From Acidobacteriota bacterium (lineage in GTDB: Bacteria > Acidobacteriota > UBA6911 > JACQSX01), in contig DASXQR010000163.1 in assembly GCA_036507075.1 (NCBI GenBank), forward strand, positions 1,818 to 65,817: 64,000 nt of DNA, read 5' to 3'. Under the pieces are notes generated by a model. It was not told where the DNA came from. It did no database searches and saw nothing but the letters and a program-made list of their open reading frames with translations. Shown here piece after piece: positions 47,489 to 57,547 of this stretch (positions are counted from its first letter, which is position 1; each line of letters begins with the position of its first letter). Position numbers and translations under genes: made by a program.

Positions 47489-49969
47489 ATGAGAAAGGCG
47501 TTACTTCCATCAGTCATTCCTTTGCTTTGGCTGATAACAATGCCATTCGCTGCGCCCCTCCGTTTTGATCCTGCTCATCAGCCTGAAATCGGGTTCGCTC
47601 CGCCCGAGGGAAAACCATCGCCGGCCAATTCCGATCCTCTCTATCTTGAACTGAGATCCGCCAGGCTGAGCGGGGACTTTTCGCACGTCGAGAACCTGGT
47701 GCTGCAGCGGGACATAGCGACATTCACGTTCAAAAATGGAACGTTTTATTTCCTCGCTCCAATTACAGAACGGGTCACGGGCGCTGTATTCATCGGCCAG
47801 GGAGAATTCCGCATTGCGCCTGCTTTGCCGTTTGAGCAGAAACAACTCGGTATTCTGGCAGGCTCGCCGTCGCTGCTGGACGAGTTCAATAAATTAGTTT
47901 TGCGATTTACCGATTTTACTTTCCGCGACATCAAAAAAGATTTCCCCGTGAAGACCGGAACGCCTAATGCCGAAGCTCAGGATGCACTGGAAAGCCAGCG
48001 CAAACTGCTTCGCAAAGGAAAGACTTTCTCCGAACCAAATGTTGCTGCCGAGTTGCTGCCCTACAACCTGGACGCCCGAATCCTGATGGGTCTGACGTGG
48101 GGCCGGGCAGGCGGGTTCCTGCATGCCTATTTTGACGGCAAGAAATTTGGCGACATGATTTTCATCCTGGATCCTCTGGGGGCGCCTTTTGTGCGACCGG
48201 AAGAAATCGTGCTGGCCAATGTCACAAACAATGCTCTCGGCATCTGGGTCGCATCGCATCTGCAGAGCCACTACGCGTCGGGTATTCCTTCACATGAGCA
48301 GCCGGCAGCCATAGACGTCCAGCACTACGATATTGATGCCACGGTCGGCGGCAAGAGCCTGGAGGCGAATGCAAAAGTGAAATTCAAGTCGTTGGCCAAT
48401 GGGCCGCGCGTGCTTCCTTTCGATCTTTTCCCAAAACTGCGCGTGCGCAAGGTTACCGATGAAACGGGGCGGGAACTGAGCTTTATTCAGGAGAAGAAAG
48501 ATGAGGATGCCGACTTTTTTGTCTTGCTGCCCGAGGGCTTAGTGAAGGACCAGGAACGCACGCTGGCCTTTGAGTATGGCGGCAACGAAGCCGTCTCGGA
48601 CAGTGGAGGCGGCAACTACACACTGGATGCCCGCACCAACTGGTATCCGAACACCTACTTCGCGGATCGAGCCACATACGAACTTACTTTACGGGCGCCA
48701 AAGGATTTAACGATGGTGGCGACCGGCCAACCGGCAGGCGAAAGTCAGGATGGGAAGAACCTTGTCACCCGTTGGAAGAGCGATCTTCCGCTGGCCGTGG
48801 CGGGTTTCAACTATGGAAGGTTCAAGAAATCCTCGTTTCAGGATCCCAAAAACAACTACACCATTGAATCCTACGCTAATAAAGAGCTTCCCGCGTACTT
48901 GAAAGAAATCCAGCGCGCTGCGGAAGGCACCGCGACCACGCTCGGCTCTCTCAACACTGTCAGTTTGATGGACAAAGCCAGGGCTGAAGCGCAAGTTTCC
49001 ATTGATCTGTATGCACGACAGTTCGGCCCTTTGCCGTACGGAAGGATCGCGATGACGCAGCAACCCTACTTCGCTTTTGGGCAGGCGTGGCCGATGCTGG
49101 TTTATATGCCGCTGATTTCCTATCTTGACAGCACTTACCTGAACCAGTTGGGGCTGAGAACGGGCGCAACATTTCTGAAGGTTGTGGGAGCCCATGAAGT
49201 GGCGCATCAATGGTGGGGACATCTTATAGGCTGGAAAACCTACCGCGATCAGTGGATGAGCGAAGGATTCGCAGACTTTTCGGCTTCAATCTTCACCCAG
49301 ACCGTCTACGGCAACGATCAGTTCCTGAAGTTCTGGAAAGAGGAGCGGGAAAAGATCATGCAGGAGAACCTCAAAGGAAAGACTCCGGCTGCCGTGGGGA
49401 GCCTGAATATGGGCTACCGCCTGGACACGCCTAAAACGGGCGCAGTGACCAGCTCCGTGATGTATCCGAAAGGCGCGTTTGTCCTCCACATGCTTCGAAT
49501 GCTGATGTGGGATCCGAAGACAGGCCACGCTCAATTCACAGCCATGATGAAGGACTTTGTGAGTTCCTTTCAGAATCAAAATGTGTCCACTGAGGATTTC
49601 CAGAAGGTCGTTGAAAAGCACATCCTGCCGGTGATGGACGTCAATCAGAACGGCACTATGGACTGGTTTTTCAATCAATGGGTCCGTGACACGCCGATAC
49701 CCGATTACAAGCTTGCCTACAAATTGGAACCCGGCGAGCAGGGGAAGACCAAGCTCGTCGCCAGCCTCACTCAAAGCAAAGTGAATGAGAACTTCGTCAT
49801 GCCGGTGCCGATTTACGTGGATGTGGACGGCAAGATTGTACGTCTGGGAACGGCACTCGCTCGCGGAAACACCACGGTCGGCCCCCTCGAAGTGCTGCTG
49901 CCGAGCAAGCCCCAACGTGTGATGCTCTGCTACTTCGAGGATGTGCTGTGCACCAGCCAGAACCGCTGA
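47489..49969 (+). CDS. M1-family-like secreted zinc aminopeptidase
   Basis: HEVAHQWWG...WMSEGFA (HExxH-x18-E) and YPKGAFVLHMLR. Confidence 0.88.
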   Translation: MRKALLPSVIPLLWLITMPFAAPLRFDPAHQPEIGFAPPEGKPSPANSDPLYLELRSARLSGDFSHVENLVLQRDIATFTFKNGTFYFLAPITERVTGAVFIGQGEFRIAPALPFEQKQLGILAGSPSLLDEFNKLVLRFTDFTFRDIKKDFPVKTGTPNAEAQDALESQRKLLRKGKTFSEPNVAAELLPYNLDARILMGLTWGRAGGFLHAYFDGKKFGDMIFILDPLGAPFVRPEEIVLANVTNNALGIWVASHLQSHYASGIPSHEQPAAIDVQHYDIDATVGGKSLEANAKVKFKSLANGPRVLPFDLFPKLRVRKVTDETGRELSFIQEKKDEDADFFVLLPEGLVKDQERTLAFEYGGNEAVSDSGGGNYTLDARTNWYPNTYFADRATYELTLRAPKDLTMVATGQPAGESQDGKNLVTRWKSDLPLAVAGFNYGRFKKSSFQDPKNNYTIESYANKELPAYLKEIQRAAEGTATTLGSLNTVSLMDKARAEAQVSIDLYARQFGPLPYGRIAMTQQPYFAFGQAWPMLVYMPLISYLDSTYLNQLGLRTGATFLKVVGAHEVAHQWWGHLIGWKTYRDQWMSEGFADFSASIFTQTVYGNDQFLKFWKEEREKIMQENLKGKTPAAVGSLNMGYRLDTPKTGAVTSSVMYPKGAFVLHMLRMLMWDPKTGHAQFTAMMKDFVSSFQNQNVSTEDFQKVVEKHILPVMDVNQNGTMDWFFNQWVRDTPIPDYKLAYKLEPGEQGKTKLVASLTQSKVNENFVMPVPIYVDVDGKIVRLGTALARGNTTVGPLEVLLPSKPQRVMLCYFEDVLCTSQNR

Positions 49970-50089
49970 TGTTGCGCCGGCCAGAGCGATTCGAAATCTT
50001 CACCGCAAACGCTGCAAAGAGCGCTAAGAATACCGTTTTTGGCACTCTTCGCGGTTAAGTTTTCTTGAATAATCCAGGCCTGGCGCGCC

Positions 50090-51292
50090 TCAATTCACCG
50101 GCACGAATTTCACGCAAACGGGAGATGCTACTTCAACGGTTTGTCCCGCCGGCGTGAGCGCTCCGGTTTTTGAATCGATGCGAAACACCACGACCGAGTC
50201 GGAGTTTTGATTGGCAGCCAGCAGCCACCGTCCGGATGGATCGATGTTGAAATTGCGCGGAGTTTTTCCCTGAGTGGATTCATGCTCTACGGGTGTGAGC
50301 ATTCCGCTTTGCGCGTCAATCCTGAAAACGGAGATGCTGTTGTGCCCGCGATTGGATCCATACAGGAATTTTCCAGAAGGATGGACTCGAACTTCCGCCG
50401 TGCTGTAACCGGCTTCCACCGGCCCAGGCAGGGTCGACACAGTCTGAATCTCGCGCAGTATTCCTTGTGTCGCGTCATAAGCAAAAGCCGTGACAGTGCA
50501 GTGCATTTCGTTGATGCAGTAGCCGTATCGACCGTTCGGATGAAACGTGAAATGCCGCGGGCCGGCGCCGGGTTTAAGCGCCGCGAAGGGCGGATTGTGG
50601 AGCGCGAGCGTGCCTTTCGACGCGTCGAAACGATAGACCAGCAGTTTGTCGAGACCCAGGTCCCCAACCACGGCGAACCGGTTGGCGGCATCCAGGTTGA
50701 TCGAATGCGCGTGGGGTTCCTTCTGCCGCTGCTGATTCACGCTCGACCCGGTGTGCTGCACAAAGGCGGTCGCTTGGCCCAGGGATCCGTCCTTCTGTAT
50801 CGGCAGGACCGCGACACTGCCTCCTCCGTAGTTGGCCAGCAGCGCGGCCTTTCCGCTGCGGTCCACCGTAACAAAGCAGGGGCCGGCTCCACGCGACGAT
50901 TGTTGGTTGATTAGCGCCAGCTTTCCGGTTTTGTGGTCAATGGTAAAGGCCGACAAGACACCACCCGGCTGGTCCTGAAACTTTGCAATCTCGCCCACCG
51001 CGTAAAGGAAACGGTTTGTCGGGTGGATCGCCAGAAAACTGGGGTTAACCGCCTCGGCGGCAAGTCCCAGACTGGTGAGAACACCCGTTTTTGGATCCAT
51101 GTGGAAGGCATAAATGCCCTTGCTTCTGGCGCCGGTGTAAGTGCCGATGTAAACGAGGTAACCCTTGCCCGGGGAGGAAGCCGCCGCGACTGGCTGGCGA
51201 ATCCGAACAGTTCCGACCAGCGTGCAGCAGAAAAGGAGCCCGATCAGAAGCGCGCGTTTGAGGCGATTTGAAGTCTGCACCTTTTCCCACAT
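50090..51292 (-). CDS. pgl: 6-phosphogluconolactonase-like seven-bladed lactonase
   Basis: YIGTYT, NPSFLA, ANYGGGSV, HAHS, GAGPRH, SNRGHNSI, and TPRNF. The ORF extension to 51679 is repeat-derived. Confidence 0.88.
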   Translation of the reverse strand: MWEKVQTSNRLKRALLIGLLFCCTLVGTVRIRQPVAAASSPGKGYLVYIGTYTGARSKGIYAFHMDPKTGVLTSLGLAAEAVNPSFLAIHPTNRFLYAVGEIAKFQDQPGGVLSAFTIDHKTGKLALINQQSSRGAGPCFVTVDRSGKAALLANYGGGSVAVLPIQKDGSLGQATAFVQHTGSSVNQQRQKEPHAHSINLDAANRFAVVGDLGLDKLLVYRFDASKGTLALHNPPFAALKPGAGPRHFTFHPNGRYGYCINEMHCTVTAFAYDATQGILREIQTVSTLPGPVEAGYSTAEVRVHPSGKFLYGSNRGHNSISVFRIDAQSGMLTPVEHESTQGKTPRNFNIDPSGRWLLAANQNSDSVVVFRIDSKTGALTPAGQTVEVASPVCVKFVPVN

Positions 51293-51422
51293 GCTGGTCG
51301 TATCCCGGCGATTCTTTTGTCGCCAGGATGCAATATATCGCGTCTTGGGAGTTTGGGGTACTCTGGGTTTTTTTTGCGGCGGGTTGCCCCAATCGGAACC
51401 GGCCGGAGACAGCGACGTTATA

Positions 51423-51514
51423 TTCACCGCAGAGACGCCGAGAGCGCCAAGGTTCCGCTGAGGTTGTAATGAAACTCTGCGAAAACTCGGCGTTCTTTGC
51501 GGCTCTGCGGTGAA
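51423..51514. repeat. About 90-bp palindromic element (TTCACCGCAGAG...CTCTGCGGTGAA)
   Basis: Highly similar along its whole length to 55739-55828. Confidence 0.85.
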
Positions 51515-51552
51515 TGCAGAGTGCCGGGGCCAAGCAGTCTCGATCGAGGACT

Positions 51553-54500
51553 TTACTTCTTCCCCACGGCCGTCACACTGGTCGCGATTGCATTGGGCAA
51601 CAAACTTCCACCCATCCCGACGTCGGTGTTGAAAGTATAACTCTGCGTAAAGCTGTTCCCCGATTGCGCCGGCCAGCATTCGGAAGCGAGAACGCGCAAG
51701 CCGTAATCCAGATGTATCACTACTACGACAGTATTGGTCGCCGGAAATGGAACCGTCAATCGAATCGACTTCGCCCGGGTAACATTGCCCGATAACGGCT
51801 GCAGATTCCCTGGCTCCGACGGAAAGACGCCCGGTGTGCCCTGACAGTTGAATCCGCTGGTATCAGAGCACAGTGTCAACTGATAATCGGTCACAGTTGA
51901 ATTCAGATTCTTCCCTGAATTCTCCGGCGAAGCGTCGTAAACGTGCACCGGCATCGATCCTTTGAGCAAAAATCCCGGCATCACGGGCAAGCCGGCGCTG
52001 TCGGTGGCCTGCGGCATCTTAATGTTAAAGGTTACCGATGCCGCGGCGGGGTCCAGTCGAGTAGCTTTCAGAACCAGGCGCTGCGTGCCTGGATTGGTCG
52101 ACATCAACTTCTGAGCAGGCAATTGGTCGGGCCGCAAATTGGCGCAATTTCCCTTGTTGTACGGGCTGAAAACGGCCTCCAGCTTGTTTCCGGGAAGCGG
52201 ATCCGAATCCGGCCCTCCCACATAGCCGTCCAGGACGAACGCCAGTATGTTCAGGCTCGCGTTTGCGCTTTTTGCGCATCCGGCATTGCCGGTGACGCTA
52301 ATTCCCACGATGCCATAGGAATCGGGTCCGGTCTGAATGCCAAAGGAAGCGCTGCTGCCTGCGGGCGTGAGAGGAAGCGAAGCCGGAAATCCGGTCACTT
52401 TGGCGTCAGAGGGCACGCCTGAAAGACTGAGAGCGACACTTGAAGGCGCTCCGGCCGATCCCGCCGCCAGTTGCGCCGACACTAAATAGGTGGCGGTGGC
52501 GCCGCGTACTACGGTCTGAGTGGCCGGCGTCAAAGACAACGCATAGTCGTATACGTTTACACTGAGCTGCGCCGAACTTGAAAGACACCCGTTGCGCATG
52601 ACAGTAAGGGCATAAACCGTGGTACCCAGTGACGGGACGTCGGAAATGGATTCCAAAGCTGACAACGGCGTTCCATTCTTCGACCAACTGAACGTGACCG
52701 CCCCACCCGCCGGTGCGTAACTTGCCGACAGGTTAACTCTGCTTCCCTGACAAAGACTTCCCGCAGGCGCCCCCAGGATCGTGGCGGACGGAACAGGATT
52801 GACCATCACAGTGGCGCTGCCCATGCTCGAGGTGCAGCTCTTCGAATCAGATACTGTGACTGAATAATTTGAAGTCGCTGAAGGTGCATCCGAGATGGAC
52901 GCGGTCGTCGCAAATGGACTTCCGTTCTTCGTCCAATTGAATGTGAACGGCGCGGTCCCATTTGTGATGCTGGCAGTCAAGTTCACAGGAGTGCCGGCGC
53001 ACACAGGCGCCGCCGGAGCTCCAATGATGGACACGGTTGGAGGAGGATTGACTGCCACGGTGACCTGCGCAGAACTGGTACAGCCGTTGCTTGTCACCAC
53101 TACGTTGTATATTCCGGCAGCGGATGCGGCAGCGTTGGGGATTGAAGGATTCTGCAGGCTCGAGCTGAAGCCGTTAGGACCGGTCCAGGAGTAAGTAGCC
53201 CCCGCCACCAACGAGGCGGTAAGCTGCAGCGTCTGACCCGGGCAGATCGGCCCGTTGCTGGCGGCAGTCACCGCGGGCGGCGTTGTGACGCTCAGAGTTG
53301 CCGGCGCGGAGGGAACGCTGCCGCACGCGTTACTCACCAGCACATCGTAAGAACCCGCATCGCCCGCCGCAACCGGATCAATCGTGAAGGTGCTTCCCGT
53401 GGCGCCGTTGATATTTGATCCGTTCTTGCGCCACTGATAACCCAGCGGAGGCGTGCCGCTTGCCGTCACAGAAAAAGTGACTGAATTGCCCGCGCATCTT
53501 GTAGCGCTCAGCGGTGGGTTGGAAATCACCGGCGAGGTTGTCACCGTGAATCCCGTGCTGGCGGTAACAGGCGGACATGAATTATGAGAGACCGTAGCGA
53601 CGATGCTGTGCTGGCCTGCGCTCAGGCCGCTCAAGGTTGTCGTCAGGAAGGCTCCCGCTCCCAGGTTCGCGCCATCCAATGTCCAGACGACTGCAGCGCC
53701 GTCTAAATTCGATCCGGTGAGGCCAAGGTTTATCACCTGGGAGGTTCCTTGACAGAAATTCGGCACCGTGCCGGTGATATTCACGCCACCCGGGCAGCCC
53801 GGCTTGCAGGTGCCTCCGCTGCCGGCGTTGAATATGGAAGCAACTTCCGAAGCTGGAAGCGCGCGGCTGAACACTTCCACTTCATCCAGCAGGCCTTCCA
53901 AAGAGTTATCGGAGCGGGGATTAGAAGCGGCCAGGCGGAATCCGTTGTTAAACATCTCGGCGTGGGGCGTGCTGGCGCCGGACAGATTGCCGTTGATGTA
54001 GAGCCGGACAGTACCATCATACGCGAGCGCGATATGCGACCACGCGTTCAACGGAATGCTTCCCGCCGTGGTGCTTGCTCGCGGCACGCTGCTCTGCCAA
54101 TACTCCAAGTGATCGTTGTGCAAATAGAGCGCGCCGAAATTCGCGCTGGAAGAATCGTTTGACACCAGATGCTGAAAGCTGGCCAGGCGCGTGGGGAACA
54201 GCCAGAAGCTCAGAGAAAAGGTTCCCCCCAGGTTAACGGGCGCCACCTCCACGTATTGGGTCCCGTTGAAATTGAAAGCTTGGCCGACCTTTCCTGCGGC
54301 CGCAAAGGTCATGCCGCTCTGAAGGACACCGTTATTTCCCCCGACAAGATCGTTGGCGTGGCCGTCCCCAGGCCACCAGCCGGCCAGATTCGCGGGCGGC
54401 GGGGCGCACTGGGAAACATTCAGTGAGTAGGATCGCTGGCTGGATGCTCCGATAGAGTCGGTAACCCGGACCCCAAACGGGAAAGTCCCTGTGCCGAAGG

Positions 54501-55359
54501 GTGAGCCGTTCAGCATGCCGCCGCTGGTAAGGCCCATCCCCGACGGCAAGACCCCGGAGGCCAGAGTAAACATGTAGGGCGGGTTTCCGAGCGTGGCGGT
54601 GAATGCCTGCGAGTAAGAGCCACCGGAGCCGATTCCTTCCGGAAGCGTCGACGGAGCATTAATAAAAGGAGCGTTCTTACATTTCCCGGCGCTGTCGGCC
54701 GCGACAGTCGCTTGAATCTCTGAAGGCGAGAGCGCGCGGTTGAAAAGTCCCATTTCATCCAGCAGGCCTGAAAAATAATTGTCCGAGTGTGGAATAGAAG
54801 AACCAAAGCGCATTCCGTTGTTGAACACCTCGACATGAAAACCGCTGCTTTCGCCGCCCAGGATCCCGTTGACGTAAAGCCGGACGACCATGTTGTCGTA
54901 CGTCAATGCAACATGCGACCAGGTGTTCAAAGGAATGCTGCCGGCAGGTGTGGAGGCAACAAGGCTGCTGTTTTGCCAATATTCCAGATGGGTAACATTT
55001 AAATAAAGCGCGCCGAAGTTCATGCTCGAAAAATGATTGGAAGCCAGGTGCTGGTAGCCGGCCATTCGATCCGGAAGGACCCAGAAATCGATGGAAAAAG
55101 TTCGCCCGATGTTCATGGGCGGAACCTCGACTGATTGATTCACGCCGTTTAGACTGAATGCCTGACCCACTTTGCCGGCCGCAAATGTCGCGCCGTTCTG
55201 CAGGGCGCCGTGGGCGCCGCCGATCAGGTCATTCGCATTGCCGTCACCCGGCCACCAATTCACCAAGCCGGGGGGCGGGGTGACGCACTGTCCAAATGCA
55301 GATGCAGGGAGAATCAGAAGAACTGTCGCAAGAAGAGTTGTTCTGGCTGTCGCTTTCAT
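51553..55359 (-). CDS. Large secreted/surface protein: 2x LamG, putative Ig, Ig-like/PKD-like repeats
   Basis: Signal peptide, repeated WWPGDGNAND...WSHVAL.YD...GLLDE LamG units, PLGYQWRKNG Ig motif, and YSWTGPNGF. Confidence 0.88.
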   Translation of the reverse strand: MKATARTTLLATVLLILPASAFGQCVTPPPGLVNWWPGDGNANDLIGGAHGALQNGATFAAGKVGQAFSLNGVNQSVEVPPMNIGRTFSIDFWVLPDRMAGYQHLASNHFSSMNFGALYLNVTHLEYWQNSSLVASTPAGSIPLNTWSHVALTYDNMVVRLYVNGILGGESSGFHVEVFNNGMRFGSSIPHSDNYFSGLLDEMGLFNRALSPSEIQATVAADSAGKCKNAPFINAPSTLPEGIGSGGSYSQAFTATLGNPPYMFTLASGVLPSGMGLTSGGMLNGSPFGTGTFPFGVRVTDSIGASSQRSYSLNVSQCAPPPANLAGWWPGDGHANDLVGGNNGVLQSGMTFAAAGKVGQAFNFNGTQYVEVAPVNLGGTFSLSFWLFPTRLASFQHLVSNDSSSANFGALYLHNDHLEYWQSSVPRASTTAGSIPLNAWSHIALAYDGTVRLYINGNLSGASTPHAEMFNNGFRLAASNPRSDNSLEGLLDEVEVFSRALPASEVASIFNAGSGGTCKPGCPGGVNITGTVPNFCQGTSQVINLGLTGSNLDGAAVVWTLDGANLGAGAFLTTTLSGLSAGQHSIVATVSHNSCPPVTASTGFTVTTSPVISNPPLSATRCAGNSVTFSVTASGTPPLGYQWRKNGSNINGATGSTFTIDPVAAGDAGSYDVLVSNACGSVPSAPATLSVTTPPAVTAASNGPICPGQTLQLTASLVAGATYSWTGPNGFSSSLQNPSIPNAAASAAGIYNVVVTSNGCTSSAQVTVAVNPPPTVSIIGAPAAPVCAGTPVNLTASITNGTAPFTFNWTKNGSPFATTASISDAPSATSNYSVTVSDSKSCTSSMGSATVMVNPVPSATILGAPAGSLCQGSRVNLSASYAPAGGAVTFSWSKNGTPLSALESISDVPSLGTTVYALTVMRNGCLSSSAQLSVNVYDYALSLTPATQTVVRGATATYLVSAQLAAGSAGAPSSVALSLSGVPSDAKVTGFPASLPLTPAGSSASFGIQTGPDSYGIVGISVTGNAGCAKSANASLNILAFVLDGYVGGPDSDPLPGNKLEAVFSPYNKGNCANLRPDQLPAQKLMSTNPGTQRLVLKATRLDPAAASVTFNIKMPQATDSAGLPVMPGFLLKGSMPVHVYDASPENSGKNLNSTVTDYQLTLCSDTSGFNCQGTPGVFPSEPGNLQPLSGNVTRAKSIRLTVPFPATNTVVVVIHLDYGLRVLASECWPAQSGNSFTQSYTFNTDVGMGGSLLPNAIATSVTAVGKK

Positions 55360-55738
55360 AACGATCTACCGCCTTTCGCACGGAGCGCATCTGCCGGTCC
55401 GGACCGTCAAAGTCGGGTCAAAGGCTATGAATGTGGACCGGTTATTCACTCATCGGAAGGGAGCGGGGCCTGCCCCGAAGCCACCCGACTTAGTACCCGT
55501 ATGAGTGCAGTCGTTATGAATCCTGGTTTGATGCTTTTAGAAATTGATCAATTGATCAGCCTTCAGACGGTTTTTGGGAAGGTTCATAAATTGTCTCGCC
55601 GGTAAGCAACGGCTTCAAGTGATAGGAATCACCCGTGATTCAGCGCACATTTCAGGCGAGCACGAATTCACGAATTTTCACGAATTTTCACGAAGTTATC
55701 GCGAATCGTTCAAAGCCGGCAGAGACGGACGCGTTGCA

Positions 55739-55828
55739 TTCACCGCAGAGCCGCCGAGAACGCCAAGTTACGCTGAGGTTGTGCGAAGCTCTGCGGAAAC
55801 TTGGCGATCTTTGCGGCTCTGCGGTGAA
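55739..55828. repeat. About 90-bp palindromic element, second copy
   Basis: Matches 51423-51514. Preceded by a CACGAATT array at about 55660-55695. Confidence 0.85.
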
Positions 55829-55975
55829 CGCAACGCGTCTGCCTCCGCCCGACTTTGATTTGGGCAAGACCCCCTGAAAAGTCCGGTTTATTTTTTTCAT
55901 CCCTCTGGCCCCTTACGTTCATCAGTTCCGGTATAGTGCCCCTGGTCTCAAAAAGACTTCCGGGATTCCACAACC

Positions 55976-57319
55976 ATGAATCAGGTGAATCCGCAACCGG
56001 CAACTGCTATTCCAGCGCCCCAGCAAAAACCCGCCGAGCCGCCCGCCGGGGTCAGGACGGAAATAATCGCTGGCGTCACCACGTTTCTCACCATGTCCTA
56101 CATCGTGGTGGTCAATCCTGCGATCCTCGCTACTCCCGGAACCAACATGCCGTTCGGTGGGGTTCTTGCGGCCACAGTGCTGTTGTCCTTCAGCATGACG
56201 CTGCTGATGGGTTTATACGCGAAGCTTCCTTTTGCGGTTGCGCCAGGCATGGGTCTGAACGCATTTTTTACTTTCACCATCATCCTCGGTCAGAAGGTAC
56301 CTTGGCAGGTAGCCCTTGGGATCGTCTTCTGGGCGGGGATTCTATTTGTGGTCATTTCCGTTACACCAATTCGCGAAAGCATCGCCAGGGCGATTCCTCC
56401 CAGCCTCAGAATTGCTGCGGCCGCGGGGATTGGAATTTTCCTGACCTTCATCGGCCTCAAGAACGGCGGCTTCATAACTTCGGATCCGGTTACCCTGGTG
56501 AAGCTCGGGACGCTGGACCATCGGGCGCTGCTTACCATCCTGGGAATGGCAGTCACGGTGGCGCTGATGAACCGGAGGAGTCCGTTTGCCTACCTTGCCG
56601 GCATCGCTTGCGTGACGCTGGTCGCGTGGACTGCAGGTCTGATCAAGGCGCCCGATCGCCTTTTCGATGTCCCCGATCTGGGAAGTGTCTTCTTAAAACT
56701 GGACATCGTGGGAGCGCTAAGGCTCTCGCTGGTTCCCGCAATGGTGTCCATTCTTTTCACCGATCTTTTCGACTCCATCTCAACATTCATCGGAGTTTCT
56801 CATGCCGCCGGGCTGCTGGATGAAAATGGGAATCCGCGCAATCTTCGTCAGGGTTTGATCGTCGACGCGCTGGCAACGCTCGGGGCCGGGCTGGCAGGTA
56901 CTTCATCCGGCACCGCCTACATCGAAAGCATCGCCGGAATCAACATGGGAGGACGCACCGGGCTGACGGCGGTGATCACCGCGCTGTGCTTCCTGCCGTG
57001 TCTTTTCATTTCTCCTCTGGCGGGGATGGTCCCCCCCTATGCCACGGCCCCGGTGTTAATTCTGGTGGGAGCGTTCATGTTTCGCAGCGTTGCGGGACTT
57101 TCGATTTCTCGTCTGGAGGAATCGCTGCCGGCGTTCCTCACCGTCATTCTAATACCGCTGACCTTCTCCATCACGCAGGGCATCCTGTGGGGTTTTATCT
57201 CATATGCGGGACTGCATTTGATCGTCGGAAGGTGGAGAGAAGTGCATCCGGTCCTGTATCTGTTGGCAGCTCTCTCGGTAGGCTTGGTAGTCCTGGAGCA
57301 TGGCGGTTGGAAGGGCTAA
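55976..57319 (+). CDS. NCS2/AzgA-type purine permease
   Basis: EIIAGVTTFLTMSYIVVVNP, APGMGLNAFF, and YIESIAGINMGGRTGLTA. Confidence 0.92.
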   Translation: MNQVNPQPATAIPAPQQKPAEPPAGVRTEIIAGVTTFLTMSYIVVVNPAILATPGTNMPFGGVLAATVLLSFSMTLLMGLYAKLPFAVAPGMGLNAFFTFTIILGQKVPWQVALGIVFWAGILFVVISVTPIRESIARAIPPSLRIAAAAGIGIFLTFIGLKNGGFITSDPVTLVKLGTLDHRALLTILGMAVTVALMNRRSPFAYLAGIACVTLVAWTAGLIKAPDRLFDVPDLGSVFLKLDIVGALRLSLVPAMVSILFTDLFDSISTFIGVSHAAGLLDENGNPRNLRQGLIVDALATLGAGLAGTSSGTAYIESIAGINMGGRTGLTAVITALCFLPCLFISPLAGMVPPYATAPVLILVGAFMFRSVAGLSISRLEESLPAFLTVILIPLTFSITQGILWGFISYAGLHLIVGRWREVHPVLYLLAALSVGLVVLEHGGWKG

Positions 57320-57341
57320 TCCAGGTGCCCTCAAAAATTGA

Positions 57342-57498
57342 ACCGCGAAGAACGCAAAGCACGCCAAGAGTATAAAGATCACTTTGGCGGTACCTCTGTA
57401 CACATTCCAGCAAATCCGATGTTTTGAATTGTTTGCTGGACATAACTTGTTTAGATCCCTTTGAGCCTTGGCGTGCTTGGCGTTCTTGGCGGTTCCGT
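57342..57498. repeat. Inverted repeat AACCGCGAAGAACGC...GCGTTCTTGGCGGTT
   Basis: Terminal arms of about 28 bp pair across about 100 bp. Confidence 0.6.
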
Positions 57499-57547
57499 TT
57501 TTCTGAAATACTCGACAACGTTCTCGGCGTGCTCGTAGAGTAGATGC

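Noticed and set aside
55830-55975. Purine riboswitch upstream of the NCS2 permease
   Set aside because: No three-way junction with the conserved purine-riboswitch loop and junction sequences could be found.
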